Source: Mobula birostris (Eukaryota). Taken from it: a stretch of 64,000 bases of DNA. The translations under genes and the position numbers were made by a program. This document shows, one piece after another, positions 38,200-49,327 of this stretch (its first letter is position 1; each line of letters opens with the position of its first letter). Location of the stretch: positions 30,223,097 through 30,287,096 of the forward strand of contig NC_092397.1 in NCBI RefSeq assembly GCF_030028105.1. The letters are read 5' to 3'. The notes below the pieces were generated by a model that saw nothing but the letters and a program-made list of their open reading frames with translations, made no database searches and had not been told where the DNA came from.

Positions 38200-40545
38200 T
38201 GCTGCTGTCCATTTATTAAAGACTCGGCTGATAACGTCACTGCTCGGCTCAGCAAATTTATCGATGTCACTAAAGTTGGTGATATCGTGGAGTGTGAAAC
38301 AATGTAACTAACATTACAACAGGATAGTGATCAATGAGGTCACTGATTTGAGGAATGACAGATAAATGTGAGATGTTCATTGACGAATCAGGGCAGAACT
38401 ACCGTGGGGAATGGTCTGTCCCTGGGAGTGCTGTAAAACAGATATCGGGGTGCAGATATCGAATTCCTTCAGAGTGTAAACACAGGTAGTCAGGACGGTG
38501 AAGAAGCTGTTCGCCACACTCGCATTCAGCGGGTAGAGTATCGGGCACTGGACTGTGACGTCACATTACAGCTCTACCAGCCTCGGGGAAACTACTCTCG
38601 GAGCACGGAGTACAGTTATAGTTGCCCTGGGATCAGAGGGTGACATTAAACTGGAGAGGGCGCAAAAGGGATTTAACAGGAGGCTGGATAGGCCAGGACC
38701 AGAGTGTATGTGATATTAGAGAGGTGAGAAAATAATGGCAGACATTGATACGGTCAATAGTGAAACTGTTATCTCCAGGGTTATAGAGTTGGAAGCGAGA
38801 GATTCCAGATATAAACTGAGAGAGGAAAAATTTAAATGGGACCCTGAGGATCAGGTTTTATACACAGAATGTACTGTTTACATGGAACAAACTACCCCAA
38901 GTGGTGGTGTAGGTGGGCACAGTGGCAATATCTCTTGGACTGTGGGGAGGGAAGTTTCACAGGGACATGGGCCAAATGCAGGCAACTGACAATAATTTTG
39001 TTTGGCCACTTGGTCAGCATGGATGTGTTGGGCTGAAGGGTCTGTTTCTGTGCTGCATAACTCAGTGACTACGTCTGCTGCTGTGGCAGAGCAGGAGGGA
39101 CAGTGTCAGTAGTGAGAAGGTTTGGGGGATGTAGACAGGAGAGTGAATGGTTGAGGATGTGGCAGATGGAACAGAATGTGGGGAAATGTGAGATCACCCA
39201 TTCCCAGGAACAAACTGTAAGAGTCATTTCCACACGGGGATGTTCAGAGGGACCTGGGCATCCTTGTAAACAAATCACTTGAGTTAACATGTAGATACAA
39301 CAAGTAATGAGATAGGGAAACAGTATTTTGTCCTGTGGTCCTGGAGGAGTGGAGAAGAGGGTACAGATGTCTCACTGGGATTATATAGGGCCCTGGTGAG
39401 AGCACACCTTGGGTATCGTGTCCAGGTTTAGTCACACTTCTTCATGAAGGATATCCCTGCAATAGAGGGAGTGCAGTGACTGTTCCCCACACTGACTGGG
39501 CTGGTTCCGGGGATGGAAGGTTGGCTATGTGAGAGGAGAGTGAGTGGGCTGGGTCTGTATTCCCTGCCATTCATGAGAAAACGAGCAAATCTGTTAGATT
39601 CTTTCAGGATGTGACAGGCAGTCGGCAAGAAGAATGTTTCCCGTGAATGAGAACTCGATAACTGAGGAAAATACCCTCAGAATGAGGCGTAAATCACAAA
39701 CACGAGAGAATCTGCTGATGCTGGGAATCAAACACAACACACACAAGATGCTGGAGGAACTCAGCAGGACAGGCAGACCCTAAGGAAAAGAGTAAACAGT
39801 CGACACTTCGGGCCGAGACCCTTCATCAGATCTCAGCGTGAATGTTCTCAGCCCGAAGCATCGGCTCGTTACTCTTTCCCATAGATGCTGCCTGGCCTGC
39901 TGACTTCCTCCAGCATTTTGTGTCTGTTGCTCAGAATGAGATGACAAGCATTCAGGATGGAAATGAGATATTTCCTTAATCAAAGAACAAAGAATTTCAG
40001 TATTCCTTATATAAGTAATGTGGAGCCTCAGTTGCTGGGTTGAGTCAAAGCTGAGATCAACAGTCTCTGGGAGAGATTTAGTCACTAAGTGAATCCATAA
40101 GACCATAAGAGCAGAATTCGGCCAGTTTGCCTGTCGAGCCTTCTCTGGCATTTAATCATCACTGATCAATTTTTCCTCTCAGCCCCAATCTCCTGCCTTC
40201 CATTGTATCCCTTCATGCCCTGACCAATCAAGAATCTATCAATCTCTGCCTTTACGCAGTGATTTGGCCTCCACAGCTGCCTGTAGCAAAAAAATTCACA
40301 GATTCACCACTCTCTGGCTGAAGAAATTCCTCCTCATTTCCATTCTAAAAGGATGCTCCTCTATTTTGAAGCTGTGTGGTCCAGTTTTAGACACTCCCAC
40401 CACAGGAAAAATCCTCTCCACATCCACTCAATCAAGCCCTCTCACTATTTGATAGGTTTGACTTCTTTCTTCGAAGTTCCAGTGAATAGAGGCTCAGAGC
40501 CGTAAAACTCTCTTCATTAGACAAGCCATATAACCCTGAGTAAAA
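38200..40545 (+). mobile_element. Old CR1 fragments (two plus-strand 3' halves; minus-strand tail ~40100-40540)
   Basis: SKFIDVTKVG, MWQMEQNVGKCE and YRALVRAHLGYRVQ remnants. Confidence 0.65.
39687..39929. mobile_element. Palindromic Penelope-derived short element, TSD CTCAGAATGAG
   Basis: TSD at 39676-39686 and 39930-39940; inverted arms; decayed hammerhead 39797-39830 (minus). Confidence 0.85.
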
Positions 40546-41935
40546 TTCTCCATTTGTGACGTCATGTCAAAACAAAAAAATCTGGATTTCAGAGATGTTT
40601 GCATTTTGGAATTATGGATCAATCTGCACAACCTTAATCACTAACTTGTACTGCAGTGAACACTGTTAATTTAACCCATGCAATCCCAGGCATACAGATG
40701 CAAAATAAAGACAATTCTAAATTGAAAGTAGGAAAGTTGAACCTTACTTGGAGGTAAAGCCTGATTACTAGGCCTCAGAACATTCTACTATTAAATGGTC
40801 AAAATAAAGCCAAGTAACAAGGTTTAAAATACCCACAGCATGCCGAGTTACATGCCTCTCATTATCTTGATCCATGGGATAAACACAAGTGGACTGATTA
40901 ACCCTGGCTGGTTTGTCTGGGTGAGGATGTCTCATGATTAAAGACCCAAAACACCCAATGACCCCAGGTTGCATTACTGACGATGTGTCCCTTTGCAACA
41001 CCCAGTTCATTAAGCCAAGTGGTGTCAGGCCACGTTAATGAAGGGAATGGGCCAGATTAAAGTGACTCCACTACACTATCTACCACAGCCCCACATATCT
41101 CACCATACTAAACTCCACAGCCTTATCTCCCCCAGCCCCACATATACATCCACCAGCCCTACCCTCAAACCTAATCCTGAGGTCCAAGGGGGCACACACC
41201 CCCACAAACCCGATGACCAGTGTAAGGAGAAGGAAGATGCAATAAAGGCAAGTGATGGACCTGGTTAATGAAGGCATGGACCAGATCAAAGTGGCAGCGT
41301 TGTGTGACACTGAATCCAGAGTGACGAGATGAAGAGGCACAAGAGGGATGATTCTCCCACTGCCCGCATAATCTGTTTGTTATTTTGATTTTGTTCTGAT
41401 AGTCTTCCTTCTCTTTGAATATTTTGGTATAATTCATATTTAATTTCAGTGTTTCTTGTCAGTGTTGTGTCTCTGAGGCAATATGTCTGTGATGCTGCTA
41501 CAAAGACTTTGTTCCTTTCACCTGTGCATAAATAAACTCGATTTAAACTTTACACTGAAATGTCCACATCTCTCCTTCACTCTCCTGCAGCCCTATGTCA
41601 TGAACTAAATGGCCTAGTGTTTAATTTTACAATATTTCATCTGATTTTATTTAATTCTGCTTTTGAAATTTGCCTTTCCCTTTTCAATTTCAGCCCGCAC
41701 CCCGGCCTGTCTCTGCCCTTCAGTACTTCCTACCGCTTTAAACGACAGCGGTAAACCCCGCCCATTGGCGCCGCTTCCCATCCCCCAGCGTTCCGATTGG
41801 TGATTCATTTTTCCAAACAGCCAATGGAAATGCTCAGCATTCCCATCGTCATTAACATACCGCTTTGGGCGCTGCCTATTTAATCCGCGCTCCGAACAGC
41901 TTCTGCTTATTATTGTGTTTGAAACCGACGAGGAA

Positions 41936-42370
41936 ATGCCGGATCCAGCGAAACCCGCTCCCAAGAAGGGCGCCAAGAAAGCTTTGTCCAAACCAGCGAG
42001 CAAGTCTGGCCACAAGCGCAAGAGGTCGAGGAAGGAGACTTACGCCATCTACACCTACAAAGTGATGAAGCAGGTTCACCCCGACACCGGCATCTCCTCC
42101 AAGGCCATGAGCATCATGAATTCATTCGTCAACGATATTTTCGAGCGCATCACGGGCGAGGCTTCCCGCCTGGCCCATTACAACAAGCGGTCAACCATCA
42201 GCTCCCGGGAGATCCAGACCGCCGTGCGGCTGCTGCTGCCCGGGGAGCTGGCCAAGCACGCCGTGTCCGAAGGGACAAAGGCGGTGACCAAGTACACCAG
42301 CTCCAAGTTCAGTGACAAAACAAACCGGAAAATCAAAGGCTCTTTTAAAAGCCACTCACGGCTTCATTAA
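41936..42370 (+). CDS. H2B: Histone H2B with lost stop codon (20-aa C-terminal extension); variant or incipient pseudogene
   Basis: [12 protein letters not shown]...TKYTSSK then [20 protein letters not shown]; ATG at 41936 downstream of TATTTAA and CCAAT boxes; imperfect stem-loop 42338-42353 lies inside the ORF. Confidence 0.85.
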   Translation: MPDPAKPAPKKGAKKALSKPASKSGHKRKRSRKETYAIYTYKVMKQVHPDTGISSKAMSIMNSFVNDIFERITGEASRLAHYNKRSTISSREIQTAVRLLLPGELAKHAVSEGTKAVTKYTSSKFSDKTNRKIKGSFKSHSRLH

Positions 42371-42689
42371 AAGAGTTATTTTTTGTTGATGATCTCCGTT
42401 AATCAGAGCTTGCTGTCCACTGCTCAGTATAGTCCGATTTCTCTGTTACATCCCAGCCGACTGCACAGACACGGAATTGTTACGCACCCCTTCCCCGTCG
42501 TTTCCTCTCGTTCATCATATTTCCCTGAAGAGGACACCAATTGTTTCTGGTTTAATTGCCCTGGAGAATGCGGTTCCTTAAGCTTTGTCCCATTTTGGTT
42601 ACTTCTCTTAACCCCATTCCAACGCGAGAGCTGATCACAGTCACGGTTCGTTCAGAGTATTTGTTAAAGCTCCATTTTCTGAAGGGCGA

Positions 42690-43090
42690 CCCGTTCACAA
42701 TGACCGACCGCGAACAGAAGTTGAGAATCTGTTTTATTCCAATCGTTTATCAATTGAAAGAAATCGGTGAACTAAGTTCCCAGACACCACCGCAGTATTA
42801 ACTACACCCGGTTTAAATGTGTCGGACTTCAGTAACAGGGGTAAAGGGTCGACAAACAAACCTGTTTAATTTCAACAACAACGGCTTTTTTGGCGGTCTT
42901 TTGCAAATTTCAGTTTATTTCAGCGGTTAAACGGTTATTTTCCGCGCTTCTACCGTTGCTGTCTCTTGATTGGTGAATAAAGCAGCTCTCTGATTAGAAT
43001 ACTTCATCTTTCCAATCAGATAAGGCACTGTTTCACCAATCATAAACGCCCCACGACTATCCTCCAGACTGTATAAGGAAGGGCGATAAG
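42690..43090 (+). promoter_or_regulatory. Orphan H2A promoter (coding region absent)
   Basis: Colinear with 55740-56160 (CACAATGACCGACCGCG, TTCCGCGCTTCTACC, multiple CCAAT boxes, TATAAG 43072). Confidence 0.75.
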
Positions 43091-43104
43091 GCGTATTTCT
43101 AGAA

Positions 43105-45065
43105 GCCTGATTTTTAATGGTGAAGACTTGAAGTTTATTTCTGATTTACCAAATCTATCCGACGTTGTATGTATTGAGGAAACCTGGTTGTTACCGCATT
43201 TAAATTCTTTCTTCCAGGATTAAATTGTAATTAGGCGTGATAGATTAGTTGGTACAGGAAGTGGTGTTGCAAGTTTTATAAAGAAAGGGAGAGGGCATGG
43301 AGTTGTAGATGTAAATGAAATGTATGAGGCATTTGTAGAAATATTTGATTCAACAGGTAGGGACATTAAAGTGGTATATTATAACCACTATGGAAAGCTT
43401 TCGATTGATTTGTTGGACAGTATATGTAGCTCTAGCTCACTAAGGGTTGTGTGGTGTGGGGGTTTTAATGCATACAGTTCACTGTGGGGTTGTTCTCAGA
43501 ATGATGGCGATGGTTTGATTGTAGAAGAGTTTTAGACAGTTCACATCTTGTGTCTTACTGGTGGGACAGTTGCGAGATTTAATGTTCATAATAGTTCTGA
43601 AACTGCTGTAAATTTAACTTTAATTTCAAACATTCAGGCTGCAATGAGTGAGTGGGATGCCATGGGAGATGAAGCATTGGGGAGTGATCATTTTCCTGTA
43701 TTTATAAGCTTGGGTTTGGATTTATATAGGGGAAAGGAGGCCACTTTTAGGAAGTGGAACTTTGGTGAAGCAATTTGGGAGAAGTTTGAATGTTTTATGT
43801 GGTGAGTGTCTGTCTGGGCTGAATGGTGAGGATGATGTGGATTTCTGCAAAAAACGATGTCATGTTATTCATCAGATTGTGGTGGAAGAGATTCATAGTG
43901 CAGTAATAGGAGAAAAGCTGGACAATGGTTGATGGAGGAGTGTGCAGAGGCAATTATTGAGAGAAATAAGGCACTTCAGAAAGTTACGCATACCACTCTC
44001 TGCGTGATCATATTAAGTGTAACAGGTCACGGACCATGGTGAGGAAAGTAATGAAGGTTGTGAAAAAGATTTACGCGAGGTCATATTGTGAAAGTATTGG
44101 AAGGACTATTAAACTTGGAGATGTTTGAGGAATGATTAAGAAAATAGGGGTGTGGGATTCATAGGGTTCCCAGTATTGATTAAAGAAGGTAATACAATTG
44201 TTACTGAAATGGAGAGGGTTTAGTTACTGGCTCGGTCCTTTTCTGCAATTCATAATCAAAATAATGAAGAGACTAAACAATGTAGGGATAAGGTTTTAAG
44301 AGAATACCCCGACGTGTTGGAAACCAGCTGTAGCAGTGATAGCGAAGTAGAATTTTCTTTGTGTGAGTTTAAGAAAGTTATTAATAGGACAGGTCAGGCG
44401 GCTCCGGGAAAGGATGGTACTGTCATGGTCCCTTCTGGCAATCCCCGACCTTGCTAGTTAGCTCAGCAATTGGGCCTCAATTCCCTCATTGAATTTCCAA
44501 TCATTCCCAGGTTCCACTAACTGCACACACCTGCTTTCCATCAGGAAATGCAGGATAAAGACACTGTGATCACAACAAGGAGCTGCCAGTTTGTTGGTCA
44601 ACTCTCATATGAGTAAATCTGATTCCTGAGGACTGTCAGTTCTAAGTTCCGCATTGTTTGCTGGATACACTACGTGACCCTTGTCTCTGTGTAAAGACTC
44701 TCCTGGATACCGGTTCCCCGTTCACGGCGGTGCTAATGCCTCACGACTCTGCCTTAGCGCCTGTGTCCTGCACTTGGGTTCATCCCCAACCACGTCTGTG
44801 CAACAGATACATGTTATTGCATGTTTAAACATATGGCCAACAGCTCTCTTGAGATAATATTATATTTCTGAATCATAATTGGAATTCAGGCCATCTTCCA
44901 TCCTCATGGAAAATGGCAATTGTAGAGTCTGTTCTAAAACCTGGGAAACCCCTGTTGGATCCTCCTAGTTATAGACCAATATCACTGACGTCCCATTTGT
45001 GTAAACTTACGGAATGGATGGTGATAGTGTGGTTGAATTATATTTTGGAAAAGGGAGGTGATGTG
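43105..45065 (+). mobile_element. Second I/Nimb-group LINE fragment (EN to early RT)
   Basis: DVVCIEETWL, GFNAYSSLWG, LGSDHFP, APGKDG and YRPISLTSHLCKL motifs; colinear with 9900-12430. Confidence 0.8.
44421..44805. mobile_element. Solo LTR (385 bp) inserted in the I/Nimb fragment
   Basis: TGTCA...CAACA termini; 5-bp imperfect TSD GGTAC/GATAC; removing it restores the APGKDG..CYCMFKH reading of the LINE. Confidence 0.75.
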
Positions 45066-45204
45066 CTGTTGTTAACAGACTGGATTAATTTGAGGGGCAA
45101 GTGCTGGTTGCACGCCACATGTTTCAAAATCAGTCAATGATTTTATGCAGAAAACTCTGCAGCTACTTGAACACAGCAAGCTTCCACAAACAGTGTACTC
45201 AATG

Positions 45205-45735
45205 GAGACGTCAATCCATGGCCTCGTATACTGTCGCAATGAGGCCACACTCAGGTAGGAGGAACAACACCTTGTATTCTGTCTGGGCAGCCTCCAATCT
45301 GATGGCATTAACATCGACTTCTTGATCTTCCAGTCATGCCTCCCCTCGCTCATCATTCCCCATCCCCCTTTCCCTCTCATTGCCTGCCCATCGCCTCCCT
45401 CTGGTGTTCCTCCCCCCTTTTCTTTCATCCATGGCCTTCTGTTCTCTCCTGTCAGATTCCCCCTTCTCCAGCCCTGTATCTCTTTCACCAATCAACTTCC
45501 CAGCTCTTTACTTCATCCCTCCCCCTCCCAATTCCACCTGTCACTTTGTGTTTCTCTCTCCCCTCCCCACCTTTAAAATTTACTCCTCATTGTTTTTTCT
45601 CCAGTCCTGCTGAAGATCCTTGTCCCAAAACATCAGCTGTACTTTTATCCACAGATGCTGCCTGGCCTGCAGAGTTTCTCCAGCATGTTGTGTGTGTTCC
45701 TTGGATGTCCAGCATCTGCAGATTTTCTCCTGTTT
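45205..45735 (+). mobile_element. Penelope-like 3' fragment (GIY-YIG C-terminus and pLTR)
   Basis: SIHGLVYCRNEATLR.EEQHLVFCLGSLQSDGINIDF matches 61780-62106; decayed hammerhead at 45602-45640. Confidence 0.85.
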
Positions 45736-45804
45736 ATTACTCAATGTCAACAGGCACTTTGTGTGACAACTGTCACAGTCTCACTCACTTCGAAATGCAG
45801 ATAT

Positions 45805-46005
45805 GAAACTCGAGGTTCAGCAGATGCTGGGAATAAACTGTAAAGTGACACACACAAAGTACTGCAGGAACTCAGCAGGTCAGGCAGCAGCTAAACAGAG
45901 GAATAAACAGTCTAGATAGGATGAAGTGTCTTGGCCCATAATATCAACTATTTATTCCTCTGCATAAATGTTGCCAGGGGCACTGAGTCCCTCCAGCACT
46001 TTGCA
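45805..46005. mobile_element. Old palindromic Penelope-derived short element
   Basis: CAGATGCTGG..CACACAAA..GGAACTCAGCAGGTCAGGCAGC left arm, followed by the inverted arm. Confidence 0.65.
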
Positions 46006-46819
46006 AACATAAACCTCTTTTTTTCAATCAGTTTCCAAATGTTGCTGAACTTTTCATTTGCAGCCTCATCCTCCTGGTCTGATTCCCTCCTTCTACTCCA
46101 CGTAAACTCGAGCCTCCATCACATCTGGAGCTCCAAAGCCCTCATTTGTGCTGACCCCTCTTGTTTCTGCTCCACCATTCTGCTGTCGTACTTTAGAGGA
46201 GAGTGTTGTATTGCAACAGCCCGGCAGGGTGAGGCACAGACCTTCGAAATCAGTGAAAATGACACAAAACAATGAATAGAGCAGGACAGGAAGATTTTAA
46301 GCACACAAGACTTCATCCTTGGTCCAGAGCTGTGAGGGATGAGGAATATTTGGGACAAAACCCTCGTGAATTCATCTTCTGCAGTTTCCAGAAAGTTCGG
46401 GATTTAATTCAAAGTAAACCTGTTCATTCACAGCCCGGTGAGCAGTTGCAAGCTGAATTTTATAGGGTGAGTGAGTGGTGAACAGCAGGGATGGGTTTGA
46501 AAGCTCTGCTGTGCAACAGGAATATGAGCAGGTACCAGATGAACTGAGTGGCCTGTCTACTGTACATTAGCTGTGTGACAGGCGGGAAGCACCTGAGACA
46601 CAGGATCTGAAATAGAACTGATTAATTTGTCACAGATCCACAATATTAAACACCAGTGTTGTTTAAAACTAACATCAGCAGAACGAACCCTCCAATGCTC
46701 AGTGATCAGTTGCAATATCTGCAGAATCTGACATTAACAGTCTCACATGAACTTCCAACTAGATTCAGTCACCATGATGATTAAAATGTTCACATGGAGC
46801 TTATTTCAACTTCCTCCCT

Positions 46820-47890
46820 GCTGTGAAGTTGCCAGTGTTTCAACAGGTGGGATGACTGCATAAACTTCCTTACCGACACAAGACCGAAGTGTGTCCTCTA
46901 TGTATTATAAACTCACTGGAGCCTCACAAAGTGGGTGAACTGAATGAATCTCCTCCCACACTCGGAGCAGGTGTGAAGCTATACTGAGAGACCGAGACAA
47001 CAGAGCCAAGTGCAGCTGCTCACCGGCGTGAACTGCCTGGTATTGTAATAGCTCATGTCACTGAATAAATCCCACCCCACACAGGGAGCAGGTGAATGTC
47101 CTCTCCCCGTGTGAACTGGCTGGTGTTGTAAGAGCTCATGTGACTGAATAAATCCCGCCCCACACAGGGAGCAGGTGAATGTCCTCTCCCCGTGTGAACT
47201 GGCTGGTGTTGTAAGAGGTCATGTGACTGAATGAATCCTGTCCCACACACGGAGCAGGTGAATGGCCTCTCCCAGTGTGAACTTGCTGGTGTTGTAAGAG
47301 GTCATGTGACTGAATCAATCCCGTCCCATGCACAGAGCAGGTGAATGGCCTCTTCCCGTGTGAACTGGCTGGTGTTGTAAGAGCTCATGTGACTGAATGA
47401 ATCCTGTCCCACACACGGAGCAGGTGAATGGCCTCTCCCCGTGTGAACTTGCTGGTGTTGTAAGAGGTCATGTGACTGAATCAATCCCGTCCCATGCACA
47501 GAGCAGGTGAATGGCCTCTTCCCGTGTGAACTGGCTGGTGTTGTAATAGCTCATGTGACTGAATGAATCCTGTCCCACACACGGAGCAGGTGAATGGCCT
47601 CTTCCCGTGTGAACTTGCTGGTGTATCTGCGGGTGCAGTGGCCTGGTGAATCCCTTGCGGTGAATGTCAGCTCACCAGTATCAACACTGGCCATTTATCA
47701 GGTCAGATCAAGGACATGTCCACATATTGGGGTTCTCCTTGCAAAGACTGGTGTGCTGTCTTCTCAGCCATCTCATCCTTCACATTCAATGGTTGGTAGC
47801 ATTCGAATGTTGGCGAACTGACAAACACGTGAGAACCGACACACTGTTGTGTTTGAGATTTTCAGACAGAAATTCAGTCTTTTCTGCCCT
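46820..47890 (-). pseudogene. C2H2 zinc-finger gene remnant (terminal exon)
   Basis: HTG(E)[22 protein letters not shown] units; putative splice acceptor TTTTACAG (minus) ~47889; degenerate fingers at 46820-47050. Confidence 0.85.
47026..47623 (-). repeat. 83-bp tandem repeat derived from a frameshifted zinc finger (~7 units)
   Basis: GTGTGAACT recurs at 47109, 47192, 47275, 47358, 47441, 47524 and 47607. Confidence 0.95.
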
Positions 47891-49189
47891 GTAAAATGTT
47901 TGCAAAGAAGATCAACAGGTGAAAGAGAATACACCTCAGCTGAGATTATTTTAGTTTTCATGTTGATGTCTGATGTCACACTGTTACAGTGAGGCTGAAC
48001 ACAGTTTGGAGGAACAACATTTGTAACTGGGCATAGTTCAGGCATCAGGACACAACATCAAATTCTCTGTTTTCCTCTCTGCCCATCAAGCTGTGACTTG
48101 GGTCAGTGTGTCTCTCTCCATTAGTATAGTTTCACATTCTGGGTATCTCCACAGACCCACTAAAGCACACAATACAAACAGAGCTGCTTTGTGAGAGTTT
48201 CTGCTGATTATGACCCTGCTGGCATTCGACCATGGTAAACCCAGAGTCAGCAATGCCATTGAAGCTGAAGAGAATGTGATCAGGCTTTCTGGGTGCAGCT
48301 TGACACTGCGGTATTCTTGTGGTGTGAATGCTACTGGTAACCAGTATGTTATTGTGGGTTTTTGCAAATAAAATGGCATGAGGCATTTTATGTTTAAGGA
48401 CAACTATAACGACTCATTTATTGTTCTCCAAACACAGAAACAAAGCACGGTTTAAAAAAAATCACCTAATTACATCATAACATCTGTCCAGCCTTTTAAA
48501 GAGAAACACAGCTCAATGTTGGTGGTTGTTAATTCTGCGTGTTTCCACCCATTTCATTACCCTACACAGACACCCCCTTCCCCCCAAGTCCTCTCACTCT
48601 GTGATCTTTATAGCAGTTTATTTCCTTTCAATTTCACTTGTAGGATGTTATGGACAAACACATCAAGATATATCAGTGCTTCCAAGGGTGTTGCCATTTA
48701 CTGTGGAGTTTCCTCCAACATTGGACCTGTAAACTCCTCACACTTGTCCAGATTAAACTCTGCCCCCCATTTCTTCATCCATGATTCCAATTGATCTACA
48801 TCCAGTTCTGTCTGTTTGACAACCTTCCTCACCACCCACAACTGCACCCACATTTGTGTCATCAGCGATCTGATCAGCCCATGTGTGTTTTAATCTGATC
48901 AGACAGAGGTCCCATCACTGATCACTGTGGACACATGGGTTACGTATCTACAGTCAAAATCATTCTCAATTCCATCAGCCTGAATGTTGCTACACGCTAC
49001 ACACTATTCAACCCCCCCCCCCCCCCCGCCATGCAGAGACTCGAGGAAAGTTACATATTTATCACAAGACCAGAGTTGGATTCAATAGCCTGGACTTGTT
49101 GCTCTGGAGGCTTTGCTCCACAGTCCATTCAGATTAGTACAATGTAACCAGACACATCATCGCTGATACACTGATGTACAGCATTGTGG

Positions 49190-49327
49190 CACAAACAGGA
49201 GAAAATCTGCAGTTGCTGCAAATCCAATCAACACAGACAAAAGAACTGAGCAGGCCAGGTAGCACCTGTAGAACAAAAAAATACAGTCAATGTTTCCGTC
49301 CAAAACCCTTCGGCAAGACTGAAGATG
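49190..49327 (-). mobile_element. Penelope pLTR, left part (split by CR1; continues at ~53390-53705)
   Basis: Homology to 61372-61510 resumes at 53390 (cf. 61520-61880); imperfect TSD AAGATGA/AAGACGA. Confidence 0.7.

Noticed and set aside
40740-41040. Repeat-like segment, possibly LTR-retroelement derived
   Set aside because: No recognisable coding motif or termini; cannot classify without a database search
41915-41935. N-terminal extension MFETDEE on H2B
   Set aside because: Comes from a non-ATG start in the ORF track; the real start is ATG 41936, matching the paralogue at 54927
47053-47623. Programmed ribosomal frameshifting to rescue the ZNF array
   Set aside because: Would need a shift in each of seven units; flanking exon sequence also has stops and decayed fingers
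48170-48482. Possible LTR fragment ending in CATAACA with AATAAA
   Set aside because: No 5' TG terminus or TSD identifiable by eye
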